A stretch of DNA of 64,000 nt from a candidate division WWE3 bacterium RIFCSPHIGHO2_01_FULL_40_23 (GCA_001772615.1 MEUZ01000003.1:182422-246421), one strand, 5' to 3'; counted from the first letter of the stretch, positions 28,301 to 39,009 are shown. A program made the numbers and translations. The notes: generated from the letters alone by a model not told the origin.

Positions 28301-28565
28301 GCGTTGGTTGCAAACTAAAAAGCTAAAAACGGGTTTAGCCCTTTAGCCTGCACCCAACGTTAATGATAAAGAGTCTGTAACAAGCGAAAGCTCCAGACAT
28401 TAACGTCCGGCTGGGGACTGTATGTTTTTGATTAGTCCACATTGTTACTAAACTCATTATAGATTTTATACCAAACTCTCTAGCTTTAGTCAACCACTCC
28501 TGCTGTCATTCTGACTTCGTCAGAATCTATAACTAAACCCTGAATCAAGTTTGGGATAACAATAT

Positions 28566-30170
28566 CTAAGTATGCTTTATATCTTTCACGTTTAGTGATA
28601 CCCTTGATATCCCATTAAACACATTTTCCCTTAAAGAAAAAGCTACATCACAAAAAGAATCGGATGAGAAAGAAGAAGCATAATTTCCCCCGCCAAAAAA
28701 TATCGCATCATAAACACCACCCGAATTACCTCCTAACCTAAGCTTAAGATGATCTGAATTTCTCCCAACTACACCCGTATTTAAAATTTTAAGATTGGAA
28801 GACATAAAGAGAGGTTCGTGATTTCCAAAGCCAAAGGGTTCAAGTTGTCTTATTTTCAAGGCCGTTTCAAGACTTAATAAATGGGATGGGATCTCAAGAT
28901 CTATATTTAGCACAGGGCTTAAGTAAACCTCATCTATAAACTCCTCTGCAAGATCTTCAAGGGAAAAAATAAGCTTTTCCAAATCGGCGGTTTTTATACT
29001 AAAACCGGCTGCCTGTGGATGCCCGCCGACACTCTCATAAAAGTCAAGTCTTCTTAAAAGCTCAATTATATTAACTCCCTCAACAGACCTGGCAGATCCC
29101 TTGCTTACCTCATCCCCCACACTTATTAAAACACTCGGCTTATAAAACTCTTGTGAAAGCTTTCCAGCAACAAGTCCAATTACTCCTTCATGGTAATCCC
29201 TGCTGGAGGAGATGATAATTTTTTTATTTTCAAGGTAAGAGCTTTTAGCAAGTTCAAACATTAAAGCCGTTTTTTGCTGTCTTTCATAATTCACTCTTCC
29301 AAGTTTTTCAGAAAGAGCCATTGCGTCAGATTCATTTTTTGTGCATAAAAGTTTAAGAGAATCCATTGCGGACTCAAGCCTTCCAGAAGCATTAAGCCTT
29401 GGTGATAATATCCACCCAAGCTCATATGTTGATAAAACTTTATCTTTAATACCGGAAGCCTCCATCAATACCTTAATACCTAAAGGAGCTCTAGCATTTA
29501 AAATTTCAAGTCCGTATTTAACAACGCTTCTGTTAAATCCGACCAAGGGTTGTATATCGGAAACAGTTGCAAGAGCGGCAAGTGAAAGATATTCATCTTT
29601 AACCTCACCAATCAGAAGAGAGCTTAAAGCTAGTGCTATGGAACTTCCCACAAGCTTATCAGTCCAAACCAGCTTACTGCATTCTAAAACCTCGCCATTT
29701 TTTTGATGATGATCTGTAACAGTCACATCAAAACCTAAAGTTTTTGCATATTTACACTCTTTTTGAGCAGTTACACCGCAGTCAACAGTAACAATTAAAC
29801 CTTTATCCGCCTTGGACTTAATTTTATCTATGCTTTCTTTTGAAAGCCCGTACCCATCCTCAAACCTATCTGGAATAAAAGGAAGGCAGTTTTTATATTG
29901 AAGGTCAAAATAAATAGTTTTCCAAAGTATTGCCGTTGCACAGATCCCATCAACATCATAATCACCATGTACAAAAATAAAGGAACCTTGTGAAATATGC
30001 AGTTTTATCAAAGAAACGGCCTCTAAAAGTTCGGGTTTAATATGTTCAAACGCCAGCGCAGGATTCGGCGGATTTAAAAAATAATCTTTATTTTCCGCAT
30101 CTCTTATTTTAAGCAACGAATCAATAATATCTTTTTCAAATTTTCCTTTAATCTTCCAAACTTTTTGCAC
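28566..30170 (-). CDS. recJ: single-stranded-DNA-specific exonuclease RecJ
   Basis: DHH motif region VHGDYDVDGICATAIL, DHH/DHHA1 architecture, 534 aa. Confidence 0.8.
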   Translation of the reverse strand: MQKVWKIKGKFEKDIIDSLLKIRDAENKDYFLNPPNPALAFEHIKPELLEAVSLIKLHISQGSFIFVHGDYDVDGICATAILWKTIYFDLQYKNCLPFIPDRFEDGYGLSKESIDKIKSKADKGLIVTVDCGVTAQKECKYAKTLGFDVTVTDHHQKNGEVLECSKLVWTDKLVGSSIALALSSLLIGEVKDEYLSLAALATVSDIQPLVGFNRSVVKYGLEILNARAPLGIKVLMEASGIKDKVLSTYELGWILSPRLNASGRLESAMDSLKLLCTKNESDAMALSEKLGRVNYERQQKTALMFELAKSSYLENKKIIISSSRDYHEGVIGLVAGKLSQEFYKPSVLISVGDEVSKGSARSVEGVNIIELLRRLDFYESVGGHPQAAGFSIKTADLEKLIFSLEDLAEEFIDEVYLSPVLNIDLEIPSHLLSLETALKIRQLEPFGFGNHEPLFMSSNLKILNTGVVGRNSDHLKLRLGGNSGGVYDAIFFGGGNYASSFSSDSFCDVAFSLRENVFNGISRVSLNVKDIKHT

Positions 30171-30211
30171 AAGTTACAGTATATTGAAATACTTAAAAAT
30201 GAAAAGGGTGC

Positions 30212-31102
30212 TTATCTTCTTTTAGATGCGTAATTTTCCCACACAACCAGGATGGGGGAGGCATTAAAGATAGATGAGTAAGTTCCTGAAATAATTCCTA
30301 TTAAAAGCGCAAGAACAAAATACCTTATTGTCTCGCCGCCAAGAACAAGAAGGGACATAAGGGTGAATATCACGGTGAGTGATGTCCTTAAGGACCTGTT
30401 AAGGGTTTCAATCAGTGAATAATTAACAACATCATTAAAAGATTGGCCTTTAAGCTTATCCAGATTTTCCCTAATCCTGTCAAAAACAACAATTGTATCA
30501 TGAACTGAAAACCCTATAACGGTAAGAAGAGCTGTAATAAAAAGTGCGTTTATCTCAACCCCTGCAAAATGCCCAAGTATTGAAAAAATCCCGATAACAA
30601 CAAATGCATCATGTAAAAGGGCAGCTATGGCCGATATCCCAAATCTTAAACTTGAGTAAGGCTTTGGTACATGTCTGAACGAATAAGCAATATATAAAAG
30701 AATGCCAACTGATGCCGCAATTACGGAAAAAAATGCATTTTTTGCGGCTTCTTTTCCTATTGAAGGACCAACCGTTTCAAACGAAATTTCAGAGGAACCC
30801 TCAAACTTTTCAGAAATTTTTTTCTTTATCTCATCATTCTTCAAATTATCAACAGGCTTTGTTTTTACAATAAACCTTTTTTCGGAAATCTCCGAAATCC
30901 CCTCAACAAAAAAACCCTCGTTTACAAAAACTTCCTTAACTTCCTCTTTTTTTACTGCGCCTTCAAACGAGAATTCAAAGACTGATCCACCCGTGAAATC
31001 TATTGAGGGCTTAAGCCCAAACATCACAAGAGAAATAACACCGGGTATTAAAACGACGAGGGATATTCCAAAAAACCAGTTTTTATATTTCATCAAATTC
31101 AT
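30212..31102 (-). CDS. secF: protein translocase subunit SecF
   Basis: N-terminal TM followed by IDFTGGSVFEF and six TM helices; co-directional and overlapping with secD. Confidence 0.8.
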   Translation of the reverse strand: MNLMKYKNWFFGISLVVLIPGVISLVMFGLKPSIDFTGGSVFEFSFEGAVKKEEVKEVFVNEGFFVEGISEISEKRFIVKTKPVDNLKNDEIKKKISEKFEGSSEISFETVGPSIGKEAAKNAFFSVIAASVGILLYIAYSFRHVPKPYSSLRFGISAIAALLHDAFVVIGIFSILGHFAGVEINALFITALLTVIGFSVHDTIVVFDRIRENLDKLKGQSFNDVVNYSLIETLNRSLRTSLTVIFTLMSLLVLGGETIRYFVLALLIGIISGTYSSIFNASPILVVWENYASKRR

Positions 31103-32472
31103 ATGTGCCTTGCCTTTTCCTCATAAAACACGTTAATAAGTGTCCTTGTTATAAAAACGGCCGTGAACATTGATACAGCCACACCTATTGCCAAAGTTAA
31201 GGCAAATCCTCTAACCATCCCCGTACCAAAGTGAAATAAAACAGCACTGGTGAGAAAAGAAGCAAAGTTTGAATCTTTGATTGAAGGCCAAGCCCTCTCA
31301 AACCCAAGTTTAAGGGCCAAATTAAAAGGCTTGCCCCATTCAATCTCTTCTCTTATACGCTCAAAAATTAAAATGTTTGCGTCAACAGCCATTCCAATTG
31401 AAAGAATAAAACCTGCAATCCCGGGAAGAGTCATAACAACCGGTACAATCTTAAAAACTGAAATGACAAGTAAGGTATAAATAACAAGTGCAAGATCTGC
31501 AATAAACCCAAGCTTCCCGTAGCTTACGACCATAAACAAGGCAACTATTAAAATACCAACTACTCCCGCAATGATGCTCCTTCTCACGGATTCCTGCCCA
31601 AGTGTCGCACCCACCGTTCTTTGCTCAATCACTTCAACAGGAACCGGAAGAGCTCCAGCCCTTAAAGATATGCTTAATCTATTGGCTTCCTCAACAGTAA
31701 AATTACCAGTTATAACAGGGTCCGAAGTAAGCCCGCCTGCAAGATCGGAATTAACAAGAGGCATTGAAATCGGCGTGCTCCCTTCATCCAAAAATATGGC
31801 AATGGGTTTATTAATGTTTGCCTTGGCTACCTCTGAAAATTTATCCCTTCCTTCATTTGTAAATTTAAGCCTGATTTGAGGCCCCGCACCTGTTCCCGAA
31901 TTCTGATCAAACACCACATCAGCTCCTTTAAGGTCGCCTCCGGTTACCGATGTGTCCTCCCATACATCTTTACTTACAAAATACTCATTAAATTTATTTG
32001 GATCATAACCTACGTCCTCCTTTAATTTCTTAAAAGTTAACTGTGCCGTCTGACCTATCTGGGATAAAGCCTCTGAAACGTCACTGACCCCTGAAAGCTC
32101 AACTATTATTCTATAGTCGGATCCAACCTTTGAGGTTTGAATTACCGGCTCCGAAACACCAAGTAGATCAACTCTTCTTGAAATTACAGCTTTAGCGGAT
32201 TCAAGAGCGGAGTCTCTATCTTTTTCCTCAATCTTTGACATATCGGCTTTTAATACAACCTTAACCCCACCTTTTATATCAAGGCCTTTCTTAATTTCCG
32301 AGAGATCAAGCCTCACTCTTCCGTCAAAAAGGTTAAAAAAATACCCGCCTACTCTTGTGTCCACATTTATAAATTTATTTTTTATAGTAATTGGAACTTT
32401 TGGGAGATCAATAAGAAGCGAAACTATCGCCAAACCAAATATCAAACCTAGGGTAAACTTGGGGTTTCTCAT
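31099..32472 (-). CDS. secD: protein translocase subunit SecD
   Basis: LDIKGGVKVVL and GLDLxGG-type periplasmic-domain motifs; C-terminal 6-TM bundle; precedes secF. Confidence 0.8.
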   Translation of the reverse strand: MRNPKFTLGLIFGLAIVSLLIDLPKVPITIKNKFINVDTRVGGYFFNLFDGRVRLDLSEIKKGLDIKGGVKVVLKADMSKIEEKDRDSALESAKAVISRRVDLLGVSEPVIQTSKVGSDYRIIVELSGVSDVSEALSQIGQTAQLTFKKLKEDVGYDPNKFNEYFVSKDVWEDTSVTGGDLKGADVVFDQNSGTGAGPQIRLKFTNEGRDKFSEVAKANINKPIAIFLDEGSTPISMPLVNSDLAGGLTSDPVITGNFTVEEANRLSISLRAGALPVPVEVIEQRTVGATLGQESVRRSIIAGVVGILIVALFMVVSYGKLGFIADLALVIYTLLVISVFKIVPVVMTLPGIAGFILSIGMAVDANILIFERIREEIEWGKPFNLALKLGFERAWPSIKDSNFASFLTSAVLFHFGTGMVRGFALTLAIGVAVSMFTAVFITRTLINVFYEEKARHI

Positions 32473-32483
32473 AAGAACTCATT

Positions 32484-33071
32484 TTACAACAGTGAGCAAA
32501 ATTCTTCTTCATCTCCAATAAGCATAATCCTGCTCTGGGTCAAAAGTTGAACAATAAATGATTCCCTTCTTCTTTTTCTAAAAAGAAATTCATCATCTCC
32601 CATAACGGTATAGTTAATTTCATGCTTATGTTCCGCTTCGGCTTTTTGAATAATATCTCTTAACTTAATTGCGTCAACTGATCCGACTATAAGGAGATCA
32701 ACATCTAATGTCTGCGCTATTCTTCCTCGGGAAAAAGCTTTGGACATTGAAGCAAAGGTTATTTTCCCAAGTTCTTTGGAGGCCCTAATAATATCGGACC
32801 CAAGACTTGCCTCTTTTGAAATCATTGATAAAAGTTCAGGGTAATGAACAAAGCTGGGATTTACATCATAATAAACCCTATTCCCTTTAGGTCTTCTTTT
32901 TAAAAGTCCAATTTTTGTAAGTCTTTGAAGCTCCCGTCTAACAGCGTTAATCTCGGTACCAACTTTTCTTACAATCTCCCTGACGTGCATGGGTTCATTC
33001 GGGGATTGAAGAAGTAGAGAAAGCATTTTTACCCTGACTTCAGAAATAAAGATATCTTTAAGCATATCCAA
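32484..33071 (-). CDS. winged-helix transcriptional regulator-like protein
   Basis: N-terminal HTH-like segment (VREIVRKVGTEINAVRRELQRLTKIGLLKRR); C-terminal domain unassigned. Confidence 0.4.
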   Translation of the reverse strand: MDMLKDIFISEVRVKMLSLLLQSPNEPMHVREIVRKVGTEINAVRRELQRLTKIGLLKRRPKGNRVYYDVNPSFVHYPELLSMISKEASLGSDIIRASKELGKITFASMSKAFSRGRIAQTLDVDLLIVGSVDAIKLRDIIQKAEAEHKHEINYTVMGDDEFLFRKRRRESFIVQLLTQSRIMLIGDEEEFCSLL

Positions 33072-33092
33072 AGGGCAGTAAAAGCTTTTAAT

Positions 33093-34169
33093 TTACTTGT
33101 ACGTTACCTGATCCTCGTTCCTATCCGGCACAACACTTATCCAAATCACACCCCGATTAAATCTAATTTCATTACCGGAAAGATCATAAAACATCGTTCT
33201 TTCTCTCAAGTCTCTTTTTACCCAAGTGGAATCAACTTTTCTTCCATCAAGAAAGATAATTGATTTACCGCTTCCTACGTTTTGATAAAGTAAATGATGT
33301 TTTTCATCATTAACCGCGGTTTCCTTAGCAAACTGCACTATAACATTCTTTGCTGACAATTGCACATTTCCTTCCGGATCAAAGTGTTCAACCCCACCTG
33401 TTGACTTAAAGTAAAGATTTTTGTCTGCGTTATAAGCCCAAGCGCTATCATAATCACCGTAGGCCCAAAAAACAATGTTTAACTCTGAAGCCAAAGGCTC
33501 CGACTCATACACTTTCTCACTATCCTCTTTAAATCTCCATCTTTCAAACTCTCTTGTTCCATCCCAACCGAGCTTGCTCCCATGCTCACGCGCAACTTTA
33601 GCGGAAATATATTCATTGTCAGGTGCCAGCCTCCCAGGGTCTCTATACCCATAGAGACCTCCTCTAAATAAGCTCCTCACTGAATACTTATCAATAAGAT
33701 CAATGGCGCTTGCTTCAAGTATTACAGAGGAAGACCAGCCGTCATGCATAACCATCGCATCCCCAAGCTCTAGTATCCAGTATAAAAAGTAACTTCTGAT
33801 GCTTCTGACCGGCCCGATTTTTTCAGGCTCATTATATAAAAAGACGGGCATAAATCTTGTAATCCCACCCTCGGCAACAACTTCATAAACCATGTCGGCC
33901 ATAGAAACATTTGACTGTGGCCTTGCATCAGTATTATTTCCCATCATAACAACAAGGGGCCTTCTCTCAAGAACCTTTGGCGCATTTTCTATGGGAACCT
34001 TAACTCCGTTCAAGGGATTTTCGGCAAACTCCTCTTTTTTTACACCTTCGCCTTCATCCAACACGGGCTTAACAAGATCCTTCTTTCTGCCAAACCCGAA
34101 AACAAACGCTGCAATAACTCCCGCGACAAGAAGGATTGTAAAAACAACGATTATGATCCTGCTATTCAT
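33093..34169 (-). CDS. membrane-anchored DUF3048-like protein (YerB-like)
   Basis: N-terminal TM; the GGITRFMPVF and HDGWS segments are reminiscent of the DUF3048 family. Confidence 0.4.
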   Translation of the reverse strand: MNSRIIIVVFTILLVAGVIAAFVFGFGRKKDLVKPVLDEGEGVKKEEFAENPLNGVKVPIENAPKVLERRPLVVMMGNNTDARPQSNVSMADMVYEVVAEGGITRFMPVFLYNEPEKIGPVRSIRSYFLYWILELGDAMVMHDGWSSSVILEASAIDLIDKYSVRSLFRGGLYGYRDPGRLAPDNEYISAKVAREHGSKLGWDGTREFERWRFKEDSEKVYESEPLASELNIVFWAYGDYDSAWAYNADKNLYFKSTGGVEHFDPEGNVQLSAKNVIVQFAKETAVNDEKHHLLYQNVGSGKSIIFLDGRKVDSTWVKRDLRERTMFYDLSGNEIRFNRGVIWISVVPDRNEDQVTYK

Positions 34170-34635
34170 ATATACTTTTCTTCGCTTCTTCTATAGCCTT
34201 CTTTTCCTCCTCTGACAATTCATAATTTCCTTTATCTCCTCTTACAACTGGCTTAGAATAAACCCTGGTACCCGATCTTGCATGGAGGCTTGTTATCACA
34301 ACACCGTTATTTTTCCTGTCAAGAAAAGCTACCGAAAACGACTGGTCCCCGCCCGCATCCGGAAATGGATTAAACCTCACTAAACCTACTCCGCAAACAT
34401 CCTCCATATTGCTAGTCTCAATTTTCCTGACAGCTTCTGTAACTTCCTTAAGTTTTAATTCATTTTTCATAGCCTTTTTCACTAATGAGTCAAGGATTTC
34501 ATGAAGAGAATACCCGGTACCTTGATCTCTTAGCCTTTTATAAAATCTTACGGATGAAAAGTAAAGATAGGAGAGGATTAGGTTCCAGATAAGAAGAAGG
34601 GCAAAACCTATCAGGATCCAAAAAGGCAAACTCAT
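34162..34635 (-). CDS. hypothetical membrane protein (N-terminal TM, soluble C-terminal domain)
   Basis: Overlaps the start of the DUF3048-like gene by 8 nt (operonic). Confidence 0.35.
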   Translation of the reverse strand: MSLPFWILIGFALLLIWNLILSYLYFSSVRFYKRLRDQGTGYSLHEILDSLVKKAMKNELKLKEVTEAVRKIETSNMEDVCGVGLVRFNPFPDAGGDQSFSVAFLDRKNNGVVITSLHARSGTRVYSKPVVRGDKGNYELSEEEKKAIEEAKKSIYE

Positions 34636-34654
34636 TAGAAAAATTATAACATTT

Positions 34655-34945
34655 ATGATAATCTCCCCATATATGCCAAAGAAAAATGAAGCTAAATTAA
34701 GAAGACAAATTGAAATTTTAAAAGCTCAAGTCAAAAGTCCACAACCAACCAAAATTGAGGTAGTTAAACAAGCCGAATTTAAAACTTTAAAGCAAGAAAC
34801 AAAAAAGATAAGCTACGAACTTAACATTCCCAAAATAAAAAACGACTTAAATAAAACTTTAATTTTTTCAATAGGTGCGCTTATTATTCTTCTCGCTTTA
34901 TACTTCACCGAGCCTAAGTGGATTAATCTGATAAAGTTTATATAA
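34655..34945 (+). CDS. hypothetical small protein with C-terminal TM segment
   Basis: Intact ORF; no motif. Confidence 0.3.
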   Translation: MIISPYMPKKNEAKLRRQIEILKAQVKSPQPTKIEVVKQAEFKTLKQETKKISYELNIPKIKNDLNKTLIFSIGALIILLALYFTEPKWINLIKFI

Positions 34946-36209
34946 CAAATTTTTTGCCTTTTTCCTTATTCCCTTGCGTAAGAAGGCTGTGGATAAGCTT
35001 TTTATTTTCTTCAACAGCGGGTTGATCAAAAGGATTAACCTCAAAAAGCATACCTAAATAACTTACCGCAATCTCAAAAAAGTAAAATAATTGACCCACA
35101 AAATACTCGTTTAAACTTGGGATATTAATTGTCATATTCGGTCTGCCCTTTTTGGCAAGCGTAGCGGAAGTAGCCTCATACTCCGCGTTTAAGATAGACC
35201 CGAAAGTAAGGTCTTTAAAACCTTTAAAGTCGGGTATCTTAAAATCTGCCCCCCGATCTTCCACCTTAAAAAAAGTTGTAACCTTATCGGCTGGTCCATC
35301 AAGGATGAGCTGAAGGAAAGAATGCTGATCGGTAGGCCCCATAAGATCCAGGGGGGTAATGCCAAGCCCGCTTTTCCCAAGGCTTTCCGCAAATATCTGC
35401 CTGACCCACCTTCCGAAGGCAGAAAGCCTCTTGGAATAGGGCATAAAGAGACCTATGCATTGCTTATGCTTTGCATAGGCAAGGTACAAGAGGCCTGCAT
35501 AGATAAGCATAGGGTCCTCCCTTACCGACGTCTCATCAATGAGATTAGAAAGGTAAATAGCACCATCAAGAATCTTTTCAATATCTGCACCCGCAAAAAG
35601 CATGGGAAGAAGCCCGACAACACTTAAAACCGAAAAGCGATCGGGCACACCCTTTGGCTCTTCAAATAAAAAATAACCTTCTTTTTGCGCCTCATCCCTT
35701 AAATATCCCGCCTCTCCGGTTGTTACTACTACCTGCTCTTTATTAAGCTTCCCCTTTAGAAAGCCAAAAGGCGCGAGAATCTCAATAGTTTCGCCCGAAC
35801 GGGAAACAAAGTTAAAGCAAGTCTCTTTTATCCTTATTTCTTTCATAAATCTTTCAATATCATAAGGATCGGTAGTGTCACCAAAAAACTTCAACTTAAA
35901 GGAACCGTTCAAATCAAGAAACTCATATAAGGCTCTTGTTCCAAGATCAGATCCCCCTATTCCAAAAACAGCCATTGTTTTATATCTCTCCTTCAAACTT
36001 GAAACCTTATCTTTTATAATTTGTAAATTTTTAAGGGTATAAGGAAGGCAGGAAAACTCAAAAAGACACGACTTCTTATTTAAAGTTAACTCTTTTTTTG
36101 CCCGTTTAAGCTTTTCAAAAACTTCTTCAATCTCAAGATCTTTAATTCCATTTTTTCCTATCCCCTCCTCTCTCATAAAAGTGTAATCAAGGCTTATTCT
36201 TTCTTTCAT
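34938..36209 (-). CDS. pgi: glucose-6-phosphate isomerase (short bifunctional PGI/PMI-type)
   Basis: MAVFGIGGSDLG (SIS/PGI GIGGS motif), about 420 aa. Confidence 0.7.
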   Translation of the reverse strand: MKERISLDYTFMREEGIGKNGIKDLEIEEVFEKLKRAKKELTLNKKSCLFEFSCLPYTLKNLQIIKDKVSSLKERYKTMAVFGIGGSDLGTRALYEFLDLNGSFKLKFFGDTTDPYDIERFMKEIRIKETCFNFVSRSGETIEILAPFGFLKGKLNKEQVVVTTGEAGYLRDEAQKEGYFLFEEPKGVPDRFSVLSVVGLLPMLFAGADIEKILDGAIYLSNLIDETSVREDPMLIYAGLLYLAYAKHKQCIGLFMPYSKRLSAFGRWVRQIFAESLGKSGLGITPLDLMGPTDQHSFLQLILDGPADKVTTFFKVEDRGADFKIPDFKGFKDLTFGSILNAEYEATSATLAKKGRPNMTINIPSLNEYFVGQLFYFFEIAVSYLGMLFEVNPFDQPAVEENKKLIHSLLTQGNKEKGKKFVI

Positions 36210-36211
36210 AT

Positions 36212-37153
36212 TTATCTTTTTAAAACTTTATATCTGTCAATGGCTATAAGCACCGCTCCCATAGCCGGCTCATTTACGGGATATATTATATTTGCCCTTT
36301 TAAGGTTTTCCTTTATTTCCTTTTCAAAAAATTTTCGGATCGGACCGTGTTCTCTTTTAAAGCTCCCCCCGACACAGACAAGATCAAATTCATCTAAAAT
36401 CATATCCAACTTTTTCGCACCCGTTTTAACCATTAAAACAAGCTCTTTTGCAGCACTTTGAAGAATTTCATGGGCTTTCGCGTCTCCTTTCTCATTTGCC
36501 TCTTCACATAATATTGAAAGCCTTGCTATCTCCATCTTTCCAAAACCATCCCTGTAAACTTTTGAAAGAAGGTCTCTCATACTTAATACACCAAACTCCT
36601 CATAAACCATTTCTTCAAGTATCGTTTTTTCTATTCTGCCATCAAAGCTTTTAGACGCAGCGTGGAGCACATTCAAACCAACAAAATACCCCCCGCCTTC
36701 ATCGCTTAAAGTATGTCCTAAGCCGCCGACAAAAGTCTCCGCCCCGAACTTGCTTCGCGCGTAACAATTTGACCCCGTACCGGCAACTATTGAAATCCCA
36801 TACCCTTTATTGGTCCCTCTTCTTAAAGCACACACGGCATCATTTAAAATAAGCGGATGAGGATCAAGCCTTACGGATGTGATTGATTTTACAATCTTAA
36901 GTACCTCGGCAAAATCCGAAGGACTATCAAGACCGGCAATCCCGAAGCAAGATCTTGCAATTTTTACATCTTTTAAGTGTGAATTTTGAATTGCAAAAAA
37001 AATCCCCTCTTCAAGTGTTTTCTTCAGTGTATCTCCAAACACTGACCTTATGTATGTAGGACCAGTAAAGGAAACACCGATGACATTTTCATTTTCATCC
37101 GCCAAAATTATCTGTGTTTTAGTCCCTCCTCCGTCAACACCGAGAAAATACAT
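36212..37153 (-). CDS. BadF/BadG/BcrA/BcrD-type ATPase (N-acetylglucosamine kinase-like sugar kinase)
   Basis: N-terminal LGVDGGGTKT phosphate-1 motif and GTGSNCY phosphate-2/adenosine-type motif. Confidence 0.6.
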   Translation of the reverse strand: MYFLGVDGGGTKTQIILADENENVIGVSFTGPTYIRSVFGDTLKKTLEEGIFFAIQNSHLKDVKIARSCFGIAGLDSPSDFAEVLKIVKSITSVRLDPHPLILNDAVCALRRGTNKGYGISIVAGTGSNCYARSKFGAETFVGGLGHTLSDEGGGYFVGLNVLHAASKSFDGRIEKTILEEMVYEEFGVLSMRDLLSKVYRDGFGKMEIARLSILCEEANEKGDAKAHEILQSAAKELVLMVKTGAKKLDMILDEFDLVCVGGSFKREHGPIRKFFEKEIKENLKRANIIYPVNEPAMGAVLIAIDRYKVLKR

Positions 37154-37243
37154 ACCTCAATTATCAATCCTAAACAAAAGAAACTCAAACTTTTGCAAAA
37201 AGTTTTAATCTATTTTAAAGTCTTGTAAGCAAAGGAGAGGAAA

Positions 37244-37444
37244 ATGGACCTTAAAATCTTTAACGGGTATTACCTTTTTGCGCATTGGGTGCTTTTAGGT
37301 ATTCTCCTTATTGGAGTAATAACCTACATTATTGAAACACGCAAAGCAAAGGTAAGGCTTCAGGTCTGGCCGTTAATTCTGTTCTTGGTTTTGCTTCTGT
37401 CATTTACCGGCCATGCGATAAAAATCTTACTTGGATACCAGTAA
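37244..37444 (+). CDS. small two-TM membrane protein (66 aa)
   Basis: Intact ORF in an otherwise empty interval; hydrophobic. Confidence 0.25.
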   Translation: MDLKIFNGYYLFAHWVLLGILLIGVITYIIETRKAKVRLQVWPLILFLVLLLSFTGHAIKILLGYQ

Positions 37445-37476
37445 GTAAACCCGCGTATAACCATATATGCGGGTTT

Positions 37477-39009
37477 TTATATTTTAATTCTGTATTGTAA
37501 GGCCTCTGCAATATGCTCTGTCTTTATCTTTTCCGAGTCTGACAAATCCGCAATTGTTCTTGATACTTTTATAACTCTGTGAAAAGTTCTAAGCGAAAAC
37601 TTAAATGAATTCATAGCGTTTTTTAAAAAATTCATCTCGGAAGTTTCAAGTGGGCACTGCTTTTTAATTTGGGAGGGGGAAATTTCAGCGTTGCAACTGA
37701 TTTTAAGATTAGATGCCAAGAAACGCCTGCTTTGTGTATCTCTTGCCCTCTGAACTCTCTCCCTTACCTTTTTAGACTTCTCTCCCTTATTTTCACTTGT
37801 TATATCAGAGGCATCAGAGGCCTTGACATCAACAAACATATCAATTCTGTCAAGAATCGGCCCGCTTAACTTTTTTTGATAAGAAAGGATTTCATAAGGC
37901 GTGCATCTGCATTTATTCTTCTCATCCCCCAAATATCCGCACGGGCAGGGATTAAATGACGCAATAAGAACAAATCTTGATGGAAATACAACTCTTCCTA
38001 AAGATCTGCTAATTGAAATATAACCATCTTCAAGAGGTTGTCTTAAAGCCTCTATCAGATACCTTGGCATCTCGGAAAATTCATCAATAAAAAGGACGCC
38101 CCTATGCGCAAGCGTGACCTCACCCGGTGCGGGAGGCGAACCGCCGCCTATAAGGCCTGGCAGGGAAGTTGTATGGTGAGGAGATCTAAAGGGCCTCTTG
38201 GTTAAGATAGGCTTTTCTTTATTAAGAAGGTGTCCGGCTATTGAATAAATCTTTGTAACCTCAAGGCACTCATCAACGGTAAATGCAGGAAGAATAGAGG
38301 GGAGGGATCTTGAGAGCATGGTTTTACCGCTTCCCGGGGGACCAAACATTGAAAGGTTGTGCCCTCCCGCAGCGCAAATCTCCAGAGCTCTTTTGGCCTT
38401 TTCCTGTCCATAAACTTCTGAAATATCTTCCCCGAAGAAAGCCTCTTCTTTAAGCAAATCCTCAAGCTTTTCTCCTGATAATTTAGGAATTGGTTTTATA
38501 TCTAGCAAGTGATCGCACACAGCTTTCAAAGAATCTGAAGCAAAAATGTTGATTTCCGAAATAATAGAAGCTTCTTTAGAACAGGAACCTGGAATAAAAA
38601 TACTTTTAAAACCCTTTGTTTTTGCAAAAATTACTATTGGGAGAACACCAGAAACCGCCTTTATCCTGCCATCAAGTGAGAGCTCTCCTACAAACATGCT
38701 GCCGTCAAGTTCTGCTTTAATTTGACTTGAGCTTAAGAGAACTCCGATAGCTATAGGGAGATCAAAAATTGAGCCCCGTTTATGAAGCTCTGCCGGTGCC
38801 AGATTTACAGTTATGCGTCTGTCTGGAAAATCGTAACCCAGGCATTTAACCGCGGCCCTGACTCTTTCTTTTGATTCATCAACACTCTTATCGGCAAGTC
38901 CCACTATATTAAAGGCCGGAAATCCCTGATTATCTATAATTACTTCAACTTCAACCAAAACCGGATCAATCCCGATAACGGTTGCCGAAAAAACTCTGAC
39001 ATGCACCAT
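37477..39009 (-). CDS. YifB/ComM family Mg-chelatase-like AAA+ ATPase
   Basis: Lon-like N-terminal domain; Walker A GPPGSGKTM; Walker B LFIDEF; C-terminal Mg-chelatase ChlI-like region with Cys cluster. Confidence 0.8.
   Translation of the reverse strand: MVHVRVFSATVIGIDPVLVEVEVIIDNQGFPAFNIVGLADKSVDESKERVRAAVKCLGYDFPDRRITVNLAPAELHKRGSIFDLPIAIGVLLSSSQIKAELDGSMFVGELSLDGRIKAVSGVLPIVIFAKTKGFKSIFIPGSCSKEASIISEINIFASDSLKAVCDHLLDIKPIPKLSGEKLEDLLKEEAFFGEDISEVYGQEKAKRALEICAAGGHNLSMFGPPGSGKTMLSRSLPSILPAFTVDECLEVTKIYSIAGHLLNKEKPILTKRPFRSPHHTTSLPGLIGGGSPPAPGEVTLAHRGVLFIDEFSEMPRYLIEALRQPLEDGYISISRSLGRVVFPSRFVLIASFNPCPCGYLGDEKNKCRCTPYEILSYQKKLSGPILDRIDMFVDVKASDASDITSENKGEKSKKVRERVQRARDTQSRRFLASNLKISCNAEISPSQIKKQCPLETSEMNFLKNAMNSFKFSLRTFHRVIKVSRTIADLSDSEKIKTEHIAEALQYRIKI

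Noticed and set aside
27965-28565. Considered tmRNA (ssrA) or SRP RNA in the long recJ-peptidase intergenic region
   Set aside because: Could not find the tmRNA 5' GGGG...UUCGAC or 3' T-arm/ACCA ends, nor a convincing SRP helix-8 (GGAA tetraloop with AGCA loop) on either strand. Left as unassigned structured RNA.
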